Assembly: GCA_905182515.1 (NCBI GenBank)
Contig: CAJJBW010000007.1
Location: 17,025 to 81,024 of the forward strand
Source of the DNA: an uncultured Candidatus Poseidoniales archaeon
Lineage (GTDB): Archaea > Thermoplasmatota > Poseidoniia > Poseidoniales > Thalassarchaeaceae
Direction: 5' to 3'
DNA length: 64,000 bases
Shown: piece after piece, positions 51,091 to 60,830 of the stretch
Layout of the letters: every line of letters starts with the position of its first letter
Position numbering within the stretch: position 1 is the first letter of the stretch
The notes under the pieces: generated by a model
Told to the model about the DNA's origin: nothing
Database searches by the model: none
What the model saw: only the letters and a program-made list of their open reading frames with translations
Made by a program: the position numbers and the translations under genes

Positions 51091-51969
51091 TTATAGAACT
51101 TCTCCACAAAATTTACAAAATTTTGCATTATGATCATGACCTTCTTTGGAACATGAAGGGCATGCTTGAGTACTTATTGGATCCATTCTTGCTAATTCAG
51201 TAGAAATTATTCCAGTTGGAACTATAATCAAACTATAGCCCATTATCATAATGAATATTGCTAATATTTTTCCCAATGGCGTAGATGGCACTGTATCTCC
51301 ATAACCAGTGCTAGTAATCGTAGTTATGGACCAATATACACTTTGAGGAATTGATGTAAAACCATTCTTAGGGCCTTCCAATAAATACATTCCTGCACCG
51401 CTTATGAAACATAATACTAAGACAGTAGACAAGAATACTATAATTCTAGATTTTGATTGAGCAAGGGCCTTGGTGAGAACAAACGATTCATTCAAATATC
51501 GACTAAGTTTAAAAACCCTAAAAATCCTAAGAAGTCTTAAAGCCCGGATGCCAAGTAAACTTTGTATGCCTCCTAATCCAGTCAAAAGGGCTAAGTATGT
51601 TGGTAATATTGATACTAAATCAACTATTCCAAAAAATGATTTAATGTACTTAACGGGTTTTTTTACAGAAATTAATCTAAGAATATACTCAATTGAAAAT
51701 AAAATAGTAAAAAACCATTCAACTATTATTAATTCGATATGGTATTTTGCATCTATTGAATCAACGCTTTCAAGAGATACTACTATTACAGACAATAAAA
51801 TAGCAATTAAGAGTGCTATATCAAAGAATTTTCCATATGAGGTATCGGCTTCAAATATAGTTTCATGAATCTTTTCTCTATATGAATTTGGAGGGCGGAA
51901 CGCAAATTCTTCAACCTCCATGTATGACCTAGGAGGGAGGCGGTCTAATATTTTACTAATATTTATCAT
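51091..51969 (-). CDS. 6-TM voltage-sensor-containing K+ channel with C-terminal zinc-ribbon
   Basis: S4-like RALRLLRIFRVFKLSRY with R/K every third residue. Pore TTITSTGYGD selectivity filter. C-terminal CPSC...CKFC zinc-ribbon. Confidence 0.85.
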   Translation of the reverse strand: MINISKILDRLPPRSYMEVEEFAFRPPNSYREKIHETIFEADTSYGKFFDIALLIAILLSVIVVSLESVDSIDAKYHIELIIVEWFFTILFSIEYILRLISVKKPVKYIKSFFGIVDLVSILPTYLALLTGLGGIQSLLGIRALRLLRIFRVFKLSRYLNESFVLTKALAQSKSRIIVFLSTVLVLCFISGAGMYLLEGPKNGFTSIPQSVYWSITTITSTGYGDTVPSTPLGKILAIFIMIMGYSLIIVPTGIISTELARMDPISTQACPSCSKEGHDHNAKFCKFCGEVL

Positions 51970-53396
51970 GCAATTTGATAAATCTGTGGCAATAATAACT
52001 CTACGCCAAATAATGGATCCGGATCAGTAGAATCGTGATAAGCAATGAAAGAACCTCCATCTGGCAAAATACCCATACTGGCAAAATCAAACCTGATATC
52101 TGCACCAGCTCCTGAAGTAGAATCTAGGTCCCCTTGTCCAATGTAAGTTTTTGAATCAGGTATTAGACTTTGAGAGAAATCCCTGACATGCCATGCAACG
52201 TCGATATCAGGGCCATTGGCACTTTGATAACGTACATTTAGAACAAATAAATCGTGCACACCACTAGAATGAAATTCCCATTCTTCTATTCCACTTGCAA
52301 ATCCAGATAAATCATAAGTATTATTTTCCCATGTCTCCCCTCCATCCCAAGACAAGGAATGCGTGACTATGTTATCTCCTCCTATGACACAATGTAATGC
52401 AGCTGAAGAGTCAAAGGCACAATACTCTGAAGGCAAAGAAGATCCATTTAGAGTAGTGGCAGACCACCAATTCAATGACGTATCCAAAAAGGCATCAGTA
52501 CCATCAATAAAATAATTTGGAAAATATAATCCACCTGAAGGTACCGGGAAGGCTCGCATCTCTTTGTGGGGTTTGGTAAAATCCCATTCTGGCCCTAGTA
52601 AATTTGCAGTTAAATCAACTTCAATAATAGCTAGACTTCCATCCCTATCTGGAAAATTAAAATAATCATAATTTAAACCATCTGTAGAAATTTGCCCCCC
52701 TATATTTTGAACTTGGTGCCAAAAATTTGATATTACGATACTTGCATAGTCTCCATTTCCATATATCCCACCATTAATCGGGCCGATGACTTCTACTTGC
52801 CATGAACGATCATAGAAGGGCTCAGGAGTTCTATTAAAACACCAACTCCATTCTCCATTATTTGCATCATACAAAAATGCATAAAATTGATCAGCCCCAC
52901 TTACGCTAGGATAAGGAAACCACCCCATCGAAATTAGGTCACCATTGGTAGCTTGAACGATGCTTCCTTCTCCAAGTCCTTCTTGACCAGGTACATTTGG
53001 CTTAGGTTCTAAACAACCTAATTGAGAGAATATTTCTGGAATATATTCTTGCCATGTATGGCCCCTATCTTCAGACCATGTAGGATATTCTCCTCCAAAA
53101 TTAACTATCCAGCCTTCTTTAGTAGCGGCTAAATAATGCTCACAACAATTTCCTCCTTCTTCATTTCCAAAAACTGCCCAAGATGAATTTCCCCAAGTCT
53201 CGTTATTTGCTGGATGACCAACTACAAAATCCCTAGAATCCTGGTGGCTTTCAGGAGTTTCAATATACACAAAGTCATTGTCCCACGGTATTGAGTTTTT
53301 TTCCAAAGTATCTACTTCTCCCAAGCAACCTGCTAAAATCATACTTAATACTATCAAAAAAGCAATTGGTTTTCTGTCCATTGCCATTGCCCTCAT
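51966..53396 (-). CDS. secreted lipoprotein with BNR/Asp-box repeats (sialidase-fold-like)
   Basis: Signal peptide with lipobox LAGC. Asp-box motifs SWDGGETW and SEDRGHTW. The stop overlaps the start of the K+ channel gene (ATGA). Confidence 0.65.
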   Translation of the reverse strand: MRAMAMDRKPIAFLIVLSMILAGCLGEVDTLEKNSIPWDNDFVYIETPESHQDSRDFVVGHPANNETWGNSSWAVFGNEEGGNCCEHYLAATKEGWIVNFGGEYPTWSEDRGHTWQEYIPEIFSQLGCLEPKPNVPGQEGLGEGSIVQATNGDLISMGWFPYPSVSGADQFYAFLYDANNGEWSWCFNRTPEPFYDRSWQVEVIGPINGGIYGNGDYASIVISNFWHQVQNIGGQISTDGLNYDYFNFPDRDGSLAIIEVDLTANLLGPEWDFTKPHKEMRAFPVPSGGLYFPNYFIDGTDAFLDTSLNWWSATTLNGSSLPSEYCAFDSSAALHCVIGGDNIVTHSLSWDGGETWENNTYDLSGFASGIEEWEFHSSGVHDLFVLNVRYQSANGPDIDVAWHVRDFSQSLIPDSKTYIGQGDLDSTSGAGADIRFDFASMGILPDGGSFIAYHDSTDPDPLFGVELLLPQIYQIA

Positions 53397-53513
53397 ATCC
53401 TACCCGACTATTGCCCCATTTATCGCACTTATCTATCTAAGTTTTAATTTTAACCTTGATCAGGGGCCTTTATAATAAATATATTTGAAAACTTATACCG
53501 TTAGGAGATTACG

Positions 53514-54425
53514 ATGGGGACTCATGAATATATACAAGATCAACGCAACGATAATGTATGGATTTCAATAAATAAAGAATTATTTATGCGCCCTGATGCC
53601 AAAATATCAGTCTTAGATGCAGGATTTTTACTTGGTGACGGAATTTGGGAAGCTTTTCGACTTCATGAAGGAATATTAGTTTTCATAAACGACCATCTGA
53701 ATCGTCTTTTCCATGGTGCAGAAAATATATCATTAGAAATTCCTTATTCTCGTGAAGAAATTATATCAGAAATAAAAAAGGTAATTGAAATGAATAAAAT
53801 GTATAATGATGTTCATATTAGATTAATTATTACTCGCGGATTAAAGCCCACTCCCTACCAAGCCCCTTGGGTAATTTCTAGCCCTCCTACTATGGTAATT
53901 ATACCTGAATATAAAAAGGCAAATATTGAGCGTAGTAAAAATGGTATTTCATTAGTTAAAGTTGATATCATTAGAGGTCCAAAAAATGCACAAGACCCCA
54001 GAATAAATAGTCTATCAAAACATAATTGTATAGCAGCATGTATAGATGCAAGAAATAAAGGAGGTGAGGAAGGACTTATGTTAGACCCAAATGGTAATGT
54101 AAGTACATGTAATTCAACCCACTTCTTTATGGTAAAAAATGGAGAAGTTTGGACCTCTAACGGAGACTTCTGCCTTAATGGGATAACTAGGCAGAAAATA
54201 ATTGATATTTGCCATAGTAATAATATTTCTTGTCTTGAAAAGAATTTTACGGCTGATGAGGTTAAGGATGCAGATGAATTATTTGTCACAGGAACTTTTG
54301 CTGGATTAACTCCAGTGAATAAATATAATGGAAAAATTGTCAGTAATGGGTCTAGAGGGCCAATAGTAAAAAAATTACAGGAACTGTATGTTCAAATGAT
54401 AGAGGATGAATGTAATGGCCAATAA
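53514..54425 (+). CDS. class IV (fold-type IV) PLP-dependent aminotransferase (BCAT / D-amino-acid aminotransferase / ADC-lyase-like)
   Basis: ~303 aa and overall resemblance to the fold-type IV aminotransferase family; a catalytic-Lys position was not pinned down. Confidence 0.65.
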   Translation: MGTHEYIQDQRNDNVWISINKELFMRPDAKISVLDAGFLLGDGIWEAFRLHEGILVFINDHLNRLFHGAENISLEIPYSREEIISEIKKVIEMNKMYNDVHIRLIITRGLKPTPYQAPWVISSPPTMVIIPEYKKANIERSKNGISLVKVDIIRGPKNAQDPRINSLSKHNCIAACIDARNKGGEEGLMLDPNGNVSTCNSTHFFMVKNGEVWTSNGDFCLNGITRQKIIDICHSNNISCLEKNFTADEVKDADELFVTGTFAGLTPVNKYNGKIVSNGSRGPIVKKLQELYVQMIEDECNGQ

Positions 54426-55143
54426 TAAGATCGCTATGTGGTCAGGGCCAAGAAATATTTCAACTGCATTGATGTATGCTTTTAATAGCCGTTCGGATAC
54501 ATTCTGTATTGATGAGCCACTGTATTCTTATTATTTATCTAATACAAAAATAACTCATCCCGGAAGACAAGAAATTATTGATAACTACGAATGGGACATA
54601 AATAAACTAATAGACAAAATTTGTGGAGATATTCCAAATGAAAAAAGTATTTATTATCAAAAGCATATGGCGCACCACATATTACCTGAAACTCCAATAG
54701 AATGGATTTTAAAATTGAAAAATTGCTTTTTAATTCGGGAGCCTAAAGATGTAATTTATTCATTATCAAAAAAGATTGATGATATCAAGATTGAATCGAC
54801 CGGCCTAATCGAACAAAATAAGTTATTTAATAAAATTAATGAACTCGGGAAGAATACTCCAATTGTCATAGATTCTAGAGATATTTTGAGGAATCCAGAA
54901 TATATGATGAAAAGATTGTGTAAAGAATTAGAAATACCATTTGAAACATCGATGACATCATGGCCTGAAGGGAAGAAGGATTGCGACGGGATATGGGCAA
55001 AACATTGGTATGGCGAAGTCTGGAAATCTACTAAATTTAATAAATATATAAAAAAGGAAATATCATTATCCGAACAACATATTAACCTATATTATGAATG
55101 TAAAATTCTGTATGATGAATTATTTAAATTTCGAATAATCTGA
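54406..55143 (+). CDS. sulfotransferase-fold protein (Stf0-like)
   Basis: WSGPRNISTAL resembles the 5'-PSB loop (PKSGTT-like). LIREPKDVIYSLSKK resembles the 3'-PB motif (R-x-P-x-D-x-x-x-S). Overlaps the aminotransferase by 20 nt. Confidence 0.45.
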   Translation: MNVMANNKIAMWSGPRNISTALMYAFNSRSDTFCIDEPLYSYYLSNTKITHPGRQEIIDNYEWDINKLIDKICGDIPNEKSIYYQKHMAHHILPETPIEWILKLKNCFLIREPKDVIYSLSKKIDDIKIESTGLIEQNKLFNKINELGKNTPIVIDSRDILRNPEYMMKRLCKELEIPFETSMTSWPEGKKDCDGIWAKHWYGEVWKSTKFNKYIKKEISLSEQHINLYYECKILYDELFKFRII

Positions 55144-55188
55144 TTTAAAATTAATCGAAAATAAGGCTCCTCAGGTACATTCATAGCA

Positions 55189-55443
55189 TTATTTTTTTTC
55201 ATCTTCACAGAGATAGGCACATAAAACCATTGTTTCAGCATTATTGGGTTCGATTTTATTGTGAGTCCTTATTATCACATCATGGCCATTATGAAACGTT
55301 TTATAATTTATAATTTCTATTTGAGTTACTAAAGTCCAAAGAATTGTTTTCTTTTTGCTAGACGCCACAACATTTGATGCATTATTCCATATAAAATTTT
55401 CAGTGAGAATCGATTCCAAATGACTAATATCTTTACTTCTCAT
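55189..55443 (-). CDS. small hypothetical protein
   Basis: 84 aa ORF, possibly an NTF2/SnoaL-like fragment; weak. Confidence 0.3.
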   Translation of the reverse strand: MRSKDISHLESILTENFIWNNASNVVASSKKKTILWTLVTQIEIINYKTFHNGHDVIIRTHNKIEPNNAETMVLCAYLCEDEKK

Positions 55444-55544
55444 CGTATTATTTCAAGCAGTTATTGCATCCATGAAAGTCATCTTAACCTCTACGAAACG
55501 TGGTAATTTAGATATATATTTTATTATAAAGGTCTTAAAATGTA

Positions 55545-56393
55545 CTATGGTTGATGAAATAAATCAAACCCTAAGTCTAATGAATTAAATGCCAAAGTGG
55601 TTACAGAATTGGATCCATAATTAACATTTATAGTTACTTCCACTCTATCATCAAATGTAGGCACACAAAATGAAAATGCCATTTCTACTTTGACAGTCAT
55701 TCCATAATCTATTAATTCACCGCTAGCAATATTTACATCTTCGCCAAATGTATTTTTGTCATCTACTAATCGTGAGCCAGAATCGACTAAGGTAGAATAA
55801 TCAGTACTAAGAGTATCTCCATTTTGACAGGTTGTCGAAGTACTAATATCATCGACCATTATTGAAGGAGAACCTGCATTTAACCTTAGAAATAGTAGTA
55901 ATGAAAAACTCATAACCTTTATTGATGAAATTTCATCATTGCCAGCTCCGGCTGCTTCTATAGAAGATAGTCCATGGTTTCCTGCACCAAATGAAGCCAC
56001 CCAACTACCATCAAAATTCTCGCCTTCATACATTACTATATTACAACCACTCCCCACTATGATAGAAGACGCATCATTGTCTGTGGCACCCAATCCTTCC
56101 ATTGCGCCCCTATTATAATTCCCAACTTCAAATGTTACTGCCCAACCGGTAAAACCAGAATGCTGCCATAATTGTGCTGTGCATTCAACTCCTCCTGCAA
56201 TATTGGCGCCGACCATCTTAACTTTTCTACTAAGGTCATTTTGTAAACCGTCTGAAGTTGATTCTGATTGATCTCTAATATTTTCTGCTTGATTAATAAT
56301 AACAGTAGTTGAAACAGATGCAACTAAAATAAGTGCAATGAATATTATCATAGCTCCGACCCCTATTGAACCATTAGTGGAGTTTGGAGGCAT
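55545..56393 (-). CDS. archaeal type-IV-pilin/archaellin-like protein (class III signal peptide) with beta/gamma-crystallin domain
   Basis: N-terminus GSIGVGAMIIFIALILVASVSTTVIINQ matches the archaellin/pilin class III signal and hydrophobic N-terminal helix. The central Greek-key beta/gamma-crystallin signature is IVMYEGENFDGSWVASF with surrounding Gly/Ser pattern. Confidence 0.65.
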   Translation of the reverse strand: MPPNSTNGSIGVGAMIIFIALILVASVSTTVIINQAENIRDQSESTSDGLQNDLSRKVKMVGANIAGGVECTAQLWQHSGFTGWAVTFEVGNYNRGAMEGLGATDNDASSIIVGSGCNIVMYEGENFDGSWVASFGAGNHGLSSIEAAGAGNDEISSIKVMSFSLLLFLRLNAGSPSIMVDDISTSTTCQNGDTLSTDYSTLVDSGSRLVDDKNTFGEDVNIASGELIDYGMTVKVEMAFSFCVPTFDDRVEVTINVNYGSNSVTTLAFNSLDLGFDLFHQP

Positions 56394-56455
56394 TACTTAT
56401 ATTGCTAATAGAGTAATGTGTATTATTGTATGTATTAATATGGAAATCTGAAAAA

Positions 56456-57121
56456 TTATTTTTCATTATCTTTGTTATGGAATGCCGAAGGAATATCAAA
56501 AGTTGTTTTACGTTTTGCTTTTGAAGAAATAAATAATATAACAGCAAGTAGTAAAGTATTACAAAGGAGAATTTGTCCAATTGAATATATTACAGTTGCT
56601 GTTTCTATTAAATCTAATATTCTGCTATTCCCTGAATCTAAACCAAAATCATAGTCAGGATAAAAGCCGGGCCCAAAATAAAGCATTAATACTAAATTTA
56701 TTTGACCGATTACATAAATAACGAACCAACTTAAAGTAAGACGCAGTCCAAGATGCCTTTGGCCATTCCACAAAATTGGGACAGTTATAAGCCCTAAGAA
56801 AAACAATATTAATCCATATAATACATAATAATTCATTATGTTTTTTATTTCATCGAGGTATTCTATTGTTTCAATCCAAAACTGATTACTAGCAGACCAA
56901 TTATCAATTTCTTCTTGGGACCCATTTTCAGGGTATTTCTCTAATTCATCAAATTCCCTTGGCACCTGATCCAAAAGTATTGGAGTAAGTACACCCGAAG
57001 CAACTTGAAGTGCCATAGCAAAAGTCATGATAGCCATAAAAATTGCAAGGCTTTTCAACCACCATTGAGACGGCTCGGAGATTAAAAATGATTTTTCAAG
57101 ATACTCCATACTATAATACAC
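56456..57121 (-). CDS. polytopic membrane protein, unknown function
   Basis: 221 aa, about 5 TM helices. Confidence 0.4.
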   Translation of the reverse strand: MYYSMEYLEKSFLISEPSQWWLKSLAIFMAIMTFAMALQVASGVLTPILLDQVPREFDELEKYPENGSQEEIDNWSASNQFWIETIEYLDEIKNIMNYYVLYGLILFFLGLITVPILWNGQRHLGLRLTLSWFVIYVIGQINLVLMLYFGPGFYPDYDFGLDSGNSRILDLIETATVIYSIGQILLCNTLLLAVILFISSKAKRKTTFDIPSAFHNKDNEK

Positions 57122-57140
57122 TGTATAGATATTTAAAAGA

Positions 57141-57605
57141 TTAATTGTCAGTTAATTCAGAATTATTGATGATGATTCGTGGTTCTGTCCTTACCATTGA
57201 ATGCATACACTGACGTGAAGGATTAACAATGAATCCATGTCTAAGAAAATTTCTACCAAGAATTATTCTATGCCTCATTTTAGATCTATCTTGGAGACAT
57301 ATTTCTACTTGATAATCTCTGCCTGCGATTTCTAATTTAGTATTAATTACTGGCCTAAGCGATTCTTGACCACTAGTATTCCTAACTTTTCTCCATCTTA
57401 ATATTGGCCTAGTAATTACCTTATGATTTTGGCCTAATTTAAATTTTACATAATGTTTGTTGTTCTTATCTTCAATAAGAATATCTAATGCATGCAAAGT
57501 GTTAGACCACGCTCCAGTGTCTGTTTTTGCTTTTATTGGGTTACTTTCTATATCAGGAAGTCTGACCCATTCCCTCCAACCTATAATCACATATCCGACG
57601 CTCAT
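57141..57605 (-). CDS. retropepsin-like aspartic protease (DUF785 / RimK-associated putative ATP-dependent zinc protease family)
   Basis: IGWREWVRLPDI...KAKTDTGAWSNTLHA closely matches the DUF785 N-terminus with its DTGA aspartyl-protease motif. Confidence 0.7.
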   Translation of the reverse strand: MSVGYVIIGWREWVRLPDIESNPIKAKTDTGAWSNTLHALDILIEDKNNKHYVKFKLGQNHKVITRPILRWRKVRNTSGQESLRPVINTKLEIAGRDYQVEICLQDRSKMRHRIILGRNFLRHGFIVNPSRQCMHSMVRTEPRIIINNSELTDN

Positions 57606-57690
57606 GATAGATTATACGGGGTGAGTTACTATTTTTGATATCTCCTTATGAAATAAATGTTTATTTGGAAATAGAATTATTCAAGTATGA

Positions 57691-59172
57691 GTGTTTGTGG
57701 CAATCTATATGGCGAAGGGCGAAATACCGGAAGCATTGACATTTGATGATGTTTTATTACTTCCTGCTGAATCCTCAGTTCTTCCTTCTGAAGTCAACAC
57801 AGAGACACAATTAACAAAGAAGATTAAACTCAATAATCCGATTGTGTCTGCTGCAATGGATACAGTGACTGAATCCGAAATGGCAATTGCAATGGCTCAA
57901 GCTGGAGGAATAGGTGTAATTCATAGAAACATGACTGTTGAAGAACAGGCTATTGAAATTATTAAAGTGAAAAGATTCGAATCGGGACTTATATTAGACC
58001 CTGTTACTGTATCTTCTGATCTTACTGTTGGAGAACTCAAAGAAATAAAATCTAAATATGGTTTTTCAGGATTTCCAGTAATTGATAATTCTAATAACTT
58101 AGTTGGTTTAATAACAAATAGAGATATTAGATTTGTAGAAAATGACGATGTCAAAGTTTCTGAAGTTATGACAAAAGAATTAGTTACAGTTCCAGAAGGG
58201 GTTGATAAAGAAGTAGCAAAGAAAATACTGCATAAAAATAGAATAGAGAAATTAATAGTTGTCGATGATAAAGGTGGATGCGCAGGCATGATTACTGTAA
58301 GAGATATCCAGAGGAATCGTGATAATCCAAATTCTTGCCGGGATGAAAGAGGGAGGTTGAGAGTTATTGGCGCGACCGGAACTGGACGGAAGGGAATTGA
58401 CAGAGCCATGGCACTCTTTGCAGCGGGAGCTGATGCAATAGCAGTAGATACTGCTCATGGGCATTCTCATGGAGTATTGGACACTGTGAATAAAATCAGA
58501 GAATTAGGTGGCGAAGAAGTTCAAATAATTGCAGGAAATGTTGCCACTGGTGAAGCAGCAGAAGCACTAATAAAATCTGGTGCAGATGCAATAAAAGTCG
58601 GGATTGGCCCTGGTTCTATATGCACCACTAGAATAATATCAGGAGTTGGCGTTCCTCAATTAACTGCCGTCATGAATGTAGCTGAAGTATGTAAAAAATA
58701 TAATATTCCCGTTATTGCTGATGGAGGAATAAAATACAGTGGAGATATTGCAAAAGCAATCGCAGCCGGTGCTGATTGTGTAATGGCTGGTTCTGTATTA
58801 GCAGGGACTGATGAATCACCAGGAGAAAATATCCTCTACCAAGGAAGATCATACAAAATATATCGTGGCATGGGCTCTGTTGGCGCTATGAGCAAAGGAT
58901 CTCATGAACGTTATTTTCAGTCAAAACAAGGAGATACTCAAAAATATGTACCTGAAGGTATTGAAGGGAGAGTTCCAGCAAGAGGCCCTGTCGAAAATGT
59001 AATTTATCAACTAGTAGGGGGTTTAAAATCTTCAATGGGATATACAGGTAATGAAAATATATCTCAAATGAAGAAAAATTGCAGCTTTGTAAAAATAACA
59101 AATGCTGGTTTATCTGAAAGTCATGTCCATGATGTAGAAATAACTAGAGAAGCGCCTAATTATAGAAGATGA
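57691..59172 (+). CDS. guaB: inosine-5'-monophosphate dehydrogenase with CBS pair
   Basis: [10 protein letters not shown] start, tandem CBS domains, catalytic [11 protein letters not shown] loop, 493 aa. Confidence 0.95.
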   Translation: MFVAIYMAKGEIPEALTFDDVLLLPAESSVLPSEVNTETQLTKKIKLNNPIVSAAMDTVTESEMAIAMAQAGGIGVIHRNMTVEEQAIEIIKVKRFESGLILDPVTVSSDLTVGELKEIKSKYGFSGFPVIDNSNNLVGLITNRDIRFVENDDVKVSEVMTKELVTVPEGVDKEVAKKILHKNRIEKLIVVDDKGGCAGMITVRDIQRNRDNPNSCRDERGRLRVIGATGTGRKGIDRAMALFAAGADAIAVDTAHGHSHGVLDTVNKIRELGGEEVQIIAGNVATGEAAEALIKSGADAIKVGIGPGSICTTRIISGVGVPQLTAVMNVAEVCKKYNIPVIADGGIKYSGDIAKAIAAGADCVMAGSVLAGTDESPGENILYQGRSYKIYRGMGSVGAMSKGSHERYFQSKQGDTQKYVPEGIEGRVPARGPVENVIYQLVGGLKSSMGYTGNENISQMKKNCSFVKITNAGLSESHVHDVEITREAPNYRR

Positions 59173-59176
59173 TATA

Positions 59177-59698
59177 ATGGAAGAAGCAATAATAGGAGGA
59201 GGTTGTTTTTGGTGTACAGAGGGTGCATTGAAAGGTCTTAAGGGAGTTATTAATATCATTCCAGGATATTGCGGAGGCAATATAATAAACCCCACATATG
59301 AACAGATATGCAGTAAAAATACAGGCCATGCAGAAGTTGTAAAGATTAGTTTTAACCCAGGTATAATAACATTTAAAGCTATTTTAGAAGTATTTTTTAC
59401 TTCTCATGATCCAACGCAAATGAATCGTCAGGGCAATGACGTTGGGCCACAATATAGGAGTATTGCATTTTACCTGAATGATGAGCAGCATGAAGATATA
59501 AAATTAGTAATTAATAATTTGCAAACCGTAACAAACAAAAAAATAGTTACTGAGGTTGTTGAAATAAGAGATTTCTATGAAGCAGAAAAATATCATCATA
59601 ATTATTATTCTAAAAATTCATATCAGCCTTATTGTGAAATGGTAGTTGCTCCTAAAATCAAAAAGGTCAGAGAAAAATATGCTAATCTTTATGAATAA
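59177..59698 (+). CDS. msrA: peptide methionine-S-sulfoxide reductase
   Basis: GGGCFWCTE active-site motif. Confidence 0.92.
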   Translation: MEEAIIGGGCFWCTEGALKGLKGVINIIPGYCGGNIINPTYEQICSKNTGHAEVVKISFNPGIITFKAILEVFFTSHDPTQMNRQGNDVGPQYRSIAFYLNDEQHEDIKLVINNLQTVTNKKIVTEVVEIRDFYEAEKYHHNYYSKNSYQPYCEMVVAPKIKKVREKYANLYE

Positions 59699-59940
59699 AT
59701 AAGTTGGTGTCAACTTAATATCCCCCTTAAGTAATTAATGAGTTAAAACCTGAATCTTAGGCCTTTCATTTACTCGGAATATTAAGTTAAACATTGCCAT
59801 TTGGATATTATGCATCTTGGTGCATGCCTGATAACTTATGCTTGGAAGAATCTAATGAAAAAGAGAATGCCCCTTCAAGTACGTAATGACTGGTTGCCGT
59901 CAAGGGTAACATTCAACAATTAAGAAAATTACACCAACAT

Positions 59941-60366
59941 GTGACTCGTGACGAGATACGACAAGAAGACCATTCTGACAAAGCATGGGCAATACACGCT
60001 GCAATAATAGGCCTTAATTCTGGTAACCTATTGTTTAGGGGATTAGAATTAAATCCGGATAATCCAGAGATATTAACTGTGGTTTGTCTATCTGCACTTG
60101 CAATAGCCCTGCCGTTCCAAGCAATATTTTTTCTCATTAATTCGTATATCCAAGAAACTACTAATGTACACGGGATAGAATATCAAATGTTACTAAGGTT
60201 GTCAGTCATATGTCAAACAGTTTCTTATCTTTCATTAATTAGTATTGGGATATTGATGTTTGATACCCATATTTATATTGGTATTTCATTCTCAACAGGT
60301 GCAATAATTGCATTTTTCTTACTAAGGTCGGCCCTAACCCAAGTAGATATTTTGGCTAAATTATGA
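59941..60366 (+). CDS. membrane protein, unknown function
   Basis: 141 aa, 4 predicted TM helices. Confidence 0.35.
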   Translation: MTRDEIRQEDHSDKAWAIHAAIIGLNSGNLLFRGLELNPDNPEILTVVCLSALAIALPFQAIFFLINSYIQETTNVHGIEYQMLLRLSVICQTVSYLSLISIGILMFDTHIYIGISFSTGAIIAFFLLRSALTQVDILAKL

Positions 60367-60369
60367 AAA

Positions 60370-60807
60370 TCATAACTCTTTGGGTCTTAATATTTTTTGT
60401 AAAACCCATCGGCCATTATTATTAATCATCAATGCTGCTGAAGCTGTTGACATTTCATGCCAACCGCCAGTTAAATGACCAATTAGTAACTCACAACCAG
60501 GATTGTGCCCTAATAACATGGTCGTTTTATTTTCCAAAATAGACTGCAGAGAGATTAGTAATTGGTCAATTCCGGCAAGGTAAAGTTCAGGCATGATTTC
60601 TATCTTAGTTTCTTTGGCATTAAAATTCATATTTGATAGTGTTTCCTGAGTACGTTTCGAACTGCTTAAAAGAATCAAATCTGGAATCCAATTTTCATTA
60701 ATTAATTTTTGGAAAATTTTTGGAGCATCCTTCGACCCACGTGAGTTTAACGGCCTATCATGATCTGAAAGTGAATTGTTTTTCCAACTACTTTTTGCAT
60801 GGCGCAT
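60370..60807 (-). CDS. sixA: histidine-phosphatase superfamily protein (SixA-like phosphohistidine phosphatase)
   Basis: N-terminal MRHAKS (RHG-type catalytic motif) and LLGHNPG histidine motif. Confidence 0.7.
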   Translation of the reverse strand: MRHAKSSWKNNSLSDHDRPLNSRGSKDAPKIFQKLINENWIPDLILLSSSKRTQETLSNMNFNAKETKIEIMPELYLAGIDQLLISLQSILENKTTMLLGHNPGCELLIGHLTGGWHEMSTASAALMINNNGRWVLQKILRPKEL

Positions 60808-60830
60808 AATTATTAATCTGGTGTTGGTAA

